The notes under the pieces were generated by a model, which did not search any database, was not told the origin of the DNA, and saw only the letters and a list, made by a program, of their open reading frames with translations. The position numbers and the translations under genes are program-made. Shown here piece after piece: positions 4,947 through 6,516 of a stretch of DNA of 6,516 bases; position 1 is the first letter of the stretch; every line of letters begins with the position of its first letter. Location of the stretch: IMG/VR virus record IMGVR_UViG_3300029319_006019, positions 1 through 6,516 of that record; one strand, 5' to 3'.

Positions 4947-6318
4947 TGTATGTGTGATTGCAGGAGCGTACTACTTTCCACCGGGAAATAAAGTCGCGGC
5001 CAAACTTTCAAAGTCCTACAGCCTTCCCAACCCTGACTACCGAATGGCTCAAGGCCTACGAAATCGTGGGAAGTGGGTGCAAATGCCGCCCGAACGAGTC
5101 AGCGCATGCCAGGAAATTCCATTCGAGCACCCCTGGGGTGGCGGCATGGCGATTCCTCGTAACGCAAATCTTGATGGGAGCGGCCTCAAGGTAATCGACA
5201 AGCGAACGTACCCAGTAGTCAAAGATCCGTTGACGCCCGTTGGTGGATACAACCTTCGCTCTTACCAGGAAGACGCGCTTGGCGAGTGGATTAAGGCCGG
5301 ACAAGAAGGAGTCATCATTGCTCCATGTGGCGCCGGAAAGACCACCATTGGCATTTTCGCCATCACAGCTTGTGAAACCAAGACGCTAATCCTGGTACAC
5401 ACCAACGACCTTGCTGAGCAGTGGACAAACCGAATCGACACCACTCTTGATGGCTGCACCACCAGCGTCTATGGAGGAGGCAAGAGAGACGACTCAGGCC
5501 GCGTTGTAGTTGCTACATTCCAGACGCTTGACCGAATGTCTTGGGTTGAGCGCTATGAGTGGGCAAAGCAGTTCGGGCTCTGCATTGTTGACGAGTGTCA
5601 CCACGTTCCGGCTGAGATGTTTAGCCGAGTGATGATGACGATTCCAGCAAAACACCGGCTCGGGCTAACGGCTACCCCGCGCAGACAAGATGGCCTTACA
5701 TCGATGCTCTGGTGGCATCTCGGACCAGCCGTCTACGAGATTACCAATGCAGACCTGGCCAAAGACGGGCATGTTTTGCCACCGAAAGTAGAGTGGTTGA
5801 TGACCGACTGGACGGGGCCTAAAGGACAAATGGACTGGCCAAAGCTCGTGAATGAGATGGCTGCAAACATGTACCGAAATGAACGCATCATTAGCCGAAT
5901 AGTTCGAGCGATTGAAGATGGTCGACAAGTCCTTGTTCTTTCTGATCGAGTCAACCATTGCTCGCTTATGGCTCAAGAGCTTCGACTTCGTGGATACACC
6001 GCCGAGCCGCTGGTTGGTCGTATGACAAAGAAGCAGCGCGCCGAAACTTTGGACGCTGCCAGGAATAGGCAAATACAGGTAGTCTGCGCCACGACGCTTG
6101 CAGATGAGGGCCTTGATCTTCCATCGCTTGATACGGTTGTTCTGACAACGCCGACCAAGGCTTTGGCGCGCATTCAGCAGCGAATCGGACGGGTAATGCG
6201 GCCACACCCAGACAAGAAGCCCCCTCTTGTCATTGATGTGGTTGATGACATCGGGTCAATGCGCGGACTCGCCAAGAAGCGAATGAAGCTGTACACTCGT
6301 ATTGGATGTACGTGGTAG
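4939..6318 (+). CDS. Superfamily 2 DExH-box helicase (UvsW/XPB/ResIII-like), about 459 aa
   Basis: Q motif LRSYQ, I APCGAGKT, Ia LVHTNDLAEQW, Ib VATFQTL, II DECHH, III LTATP, V LADEGLDLP, VI QRIGRVMR. ATG 4939 (SD-like AGGTGA 4928-4933, ATGAATGA overlap with the upstream stop) is preferred over GTG 4930. Confidence 0.93.
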   Translation: MNDVCVIAGAYYFPPGNKVAAKLSKSYSLPNPDYRMAQGLRNRGKWVQMPPERVSACQEIPFEHPWGGGMAIPRNANLDGSGLKVIDKRTYPVVKDPLTPVGGYNLRSYQEDALGEWIKAGQEGVIIAPCGAGKTTIGIFAITACETKTLILVHTNDLAEQWTNRIDTTLDGCTTSVYGGGKRDDSGRVVVATFQTLDRMSWVERYEWAKQFGLCIVDECHHVPAEMFSRVMMTIPAKHRLGLTATPRRQDGLTSMLWWHLGPAVYEITNADLAKDGHVLPPKVEWLMTDWTGPKGQMDWPKLVNEMAANMYRNERIISRIVRAIEDGRQVLVLSDRVNHCSLMAQELRLRGYTAEPLVGRMTKKQRAETLDAARNRQIQVVCATTLADEGLDLPSLDTVVLTTPTKALARIQQRIGRVMRPHPDKKPPLVIDVVDDIGSMRGLAKKRMKLYTRIGCTW

Positions 6319-6321
6319 ACC

Positions 6322-6516
6322 ATGCAGACGCTTCTTGAAAGGCTCCCAGACGGCTGGCTCTTGATCTATACCGAGGGCCTTTGGACTGTATTGGATGAAG
6401 ATGGCGAAACCGTGCTTAACGGCGCAACTCCACGACAAGTCGAAGACGGGTTGATGATTGAAGCAGGACTTCAGCAAGCGTTTATAGCAATGCAGATTGC
6501 AATGTCATCAACGCCT
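6322..6516 (+). CDS. 5' part of a hypothetical protein (partial, runs off the right edge)
   Basis: ATG 3 nt after the helicase stop, open to the window end: MQTLLERLPDGWLLIYTEGLWTVLDEDGETVLNGATPRQVEDGLMIEAGLQQAFIAMQIAMSSTP... Confidence 0.65.
   Translation, partial: MQTLLERLPDGWLLIYTEGLWTVLDEDGETVLNGATPRQVEDGLMIEAGLQQAFIAMQIAMSSTP

Larger units (their letters stand above)
1..6516 (+). mobile_element. Phage/prophage (or phage-like element) early and DNA-replication region
   Basis: Dense co-directional genes with short overlaps (TGATG at 117-121, ATGAATGA at 4939-4946). The primase + VapE-like ATPase + SF2 helicase cluster, an HTH regulator and several small hypothetical ORFs are typical of tailed-phage replication modules. 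No integrase, att site or structural gene lies in the window, so the element type is inferred. Confidence 0.75.

Noticed and set aside
38-6477. Minus-strand ORFs and nested alternative-frame plus-strand ORFs in the track (e.g. 1514-1906, 3755-4156, 5665-6207, 729-1028, 2406-2693)
   Set aside because: They overlap better-supported genes or regulatory elements and show no recognisable motifs, so they are probably shadow ORFs.
1-6516. CRISPR array, iteron-type origin or DGR-like repeat pair
   Set aside because: No regularly spaced or long direct nucleotide repeats were seen by eye. The paralogy between 938-1447 and VapE is visible mainly at the protein level.

Overview
The window looks like a phage or prophage DNA-replication region, with all credible genes on the + strand. 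In order: the end of an upstream gene, a 55-aa C2HC zinc-finger-like ORF missing from the ORF track (119-286), a hypothetical protein (461-913), a 169-aa protein (938-1447), a hypothetical protein with an acidic tail (1590-2087), an XRE-like HTH regulator (2098-2409), a Zn-ribbon/TOPRIM primase (likely start 2566), a VapE/VirE-family P-loop ATPase (3615-4946), an SF2 DExH helicase (4939-6318) and the start of another gene. Three things stand out. (1) The 169-aa protein appears to be a paralog of the VapE ATPase that keeps the N-terminal and C-terminal winged-helix-like regions but lacks the ATPase core. (2) The primase stops just before the last conserved DnaG-type TOPRIM motif, and a matching motif (MPDIDGTLR) begins the next gene in the -1 frame, suggesting a split primase or a frameshift. 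(3) The ~125-nt primase leader is heavily base-paired and has two mutually exclusive folds, one sequestering the primase Shine-Dalgarno and one freeing it. All alignments and folds were done by eye; no database search or folding program was run.
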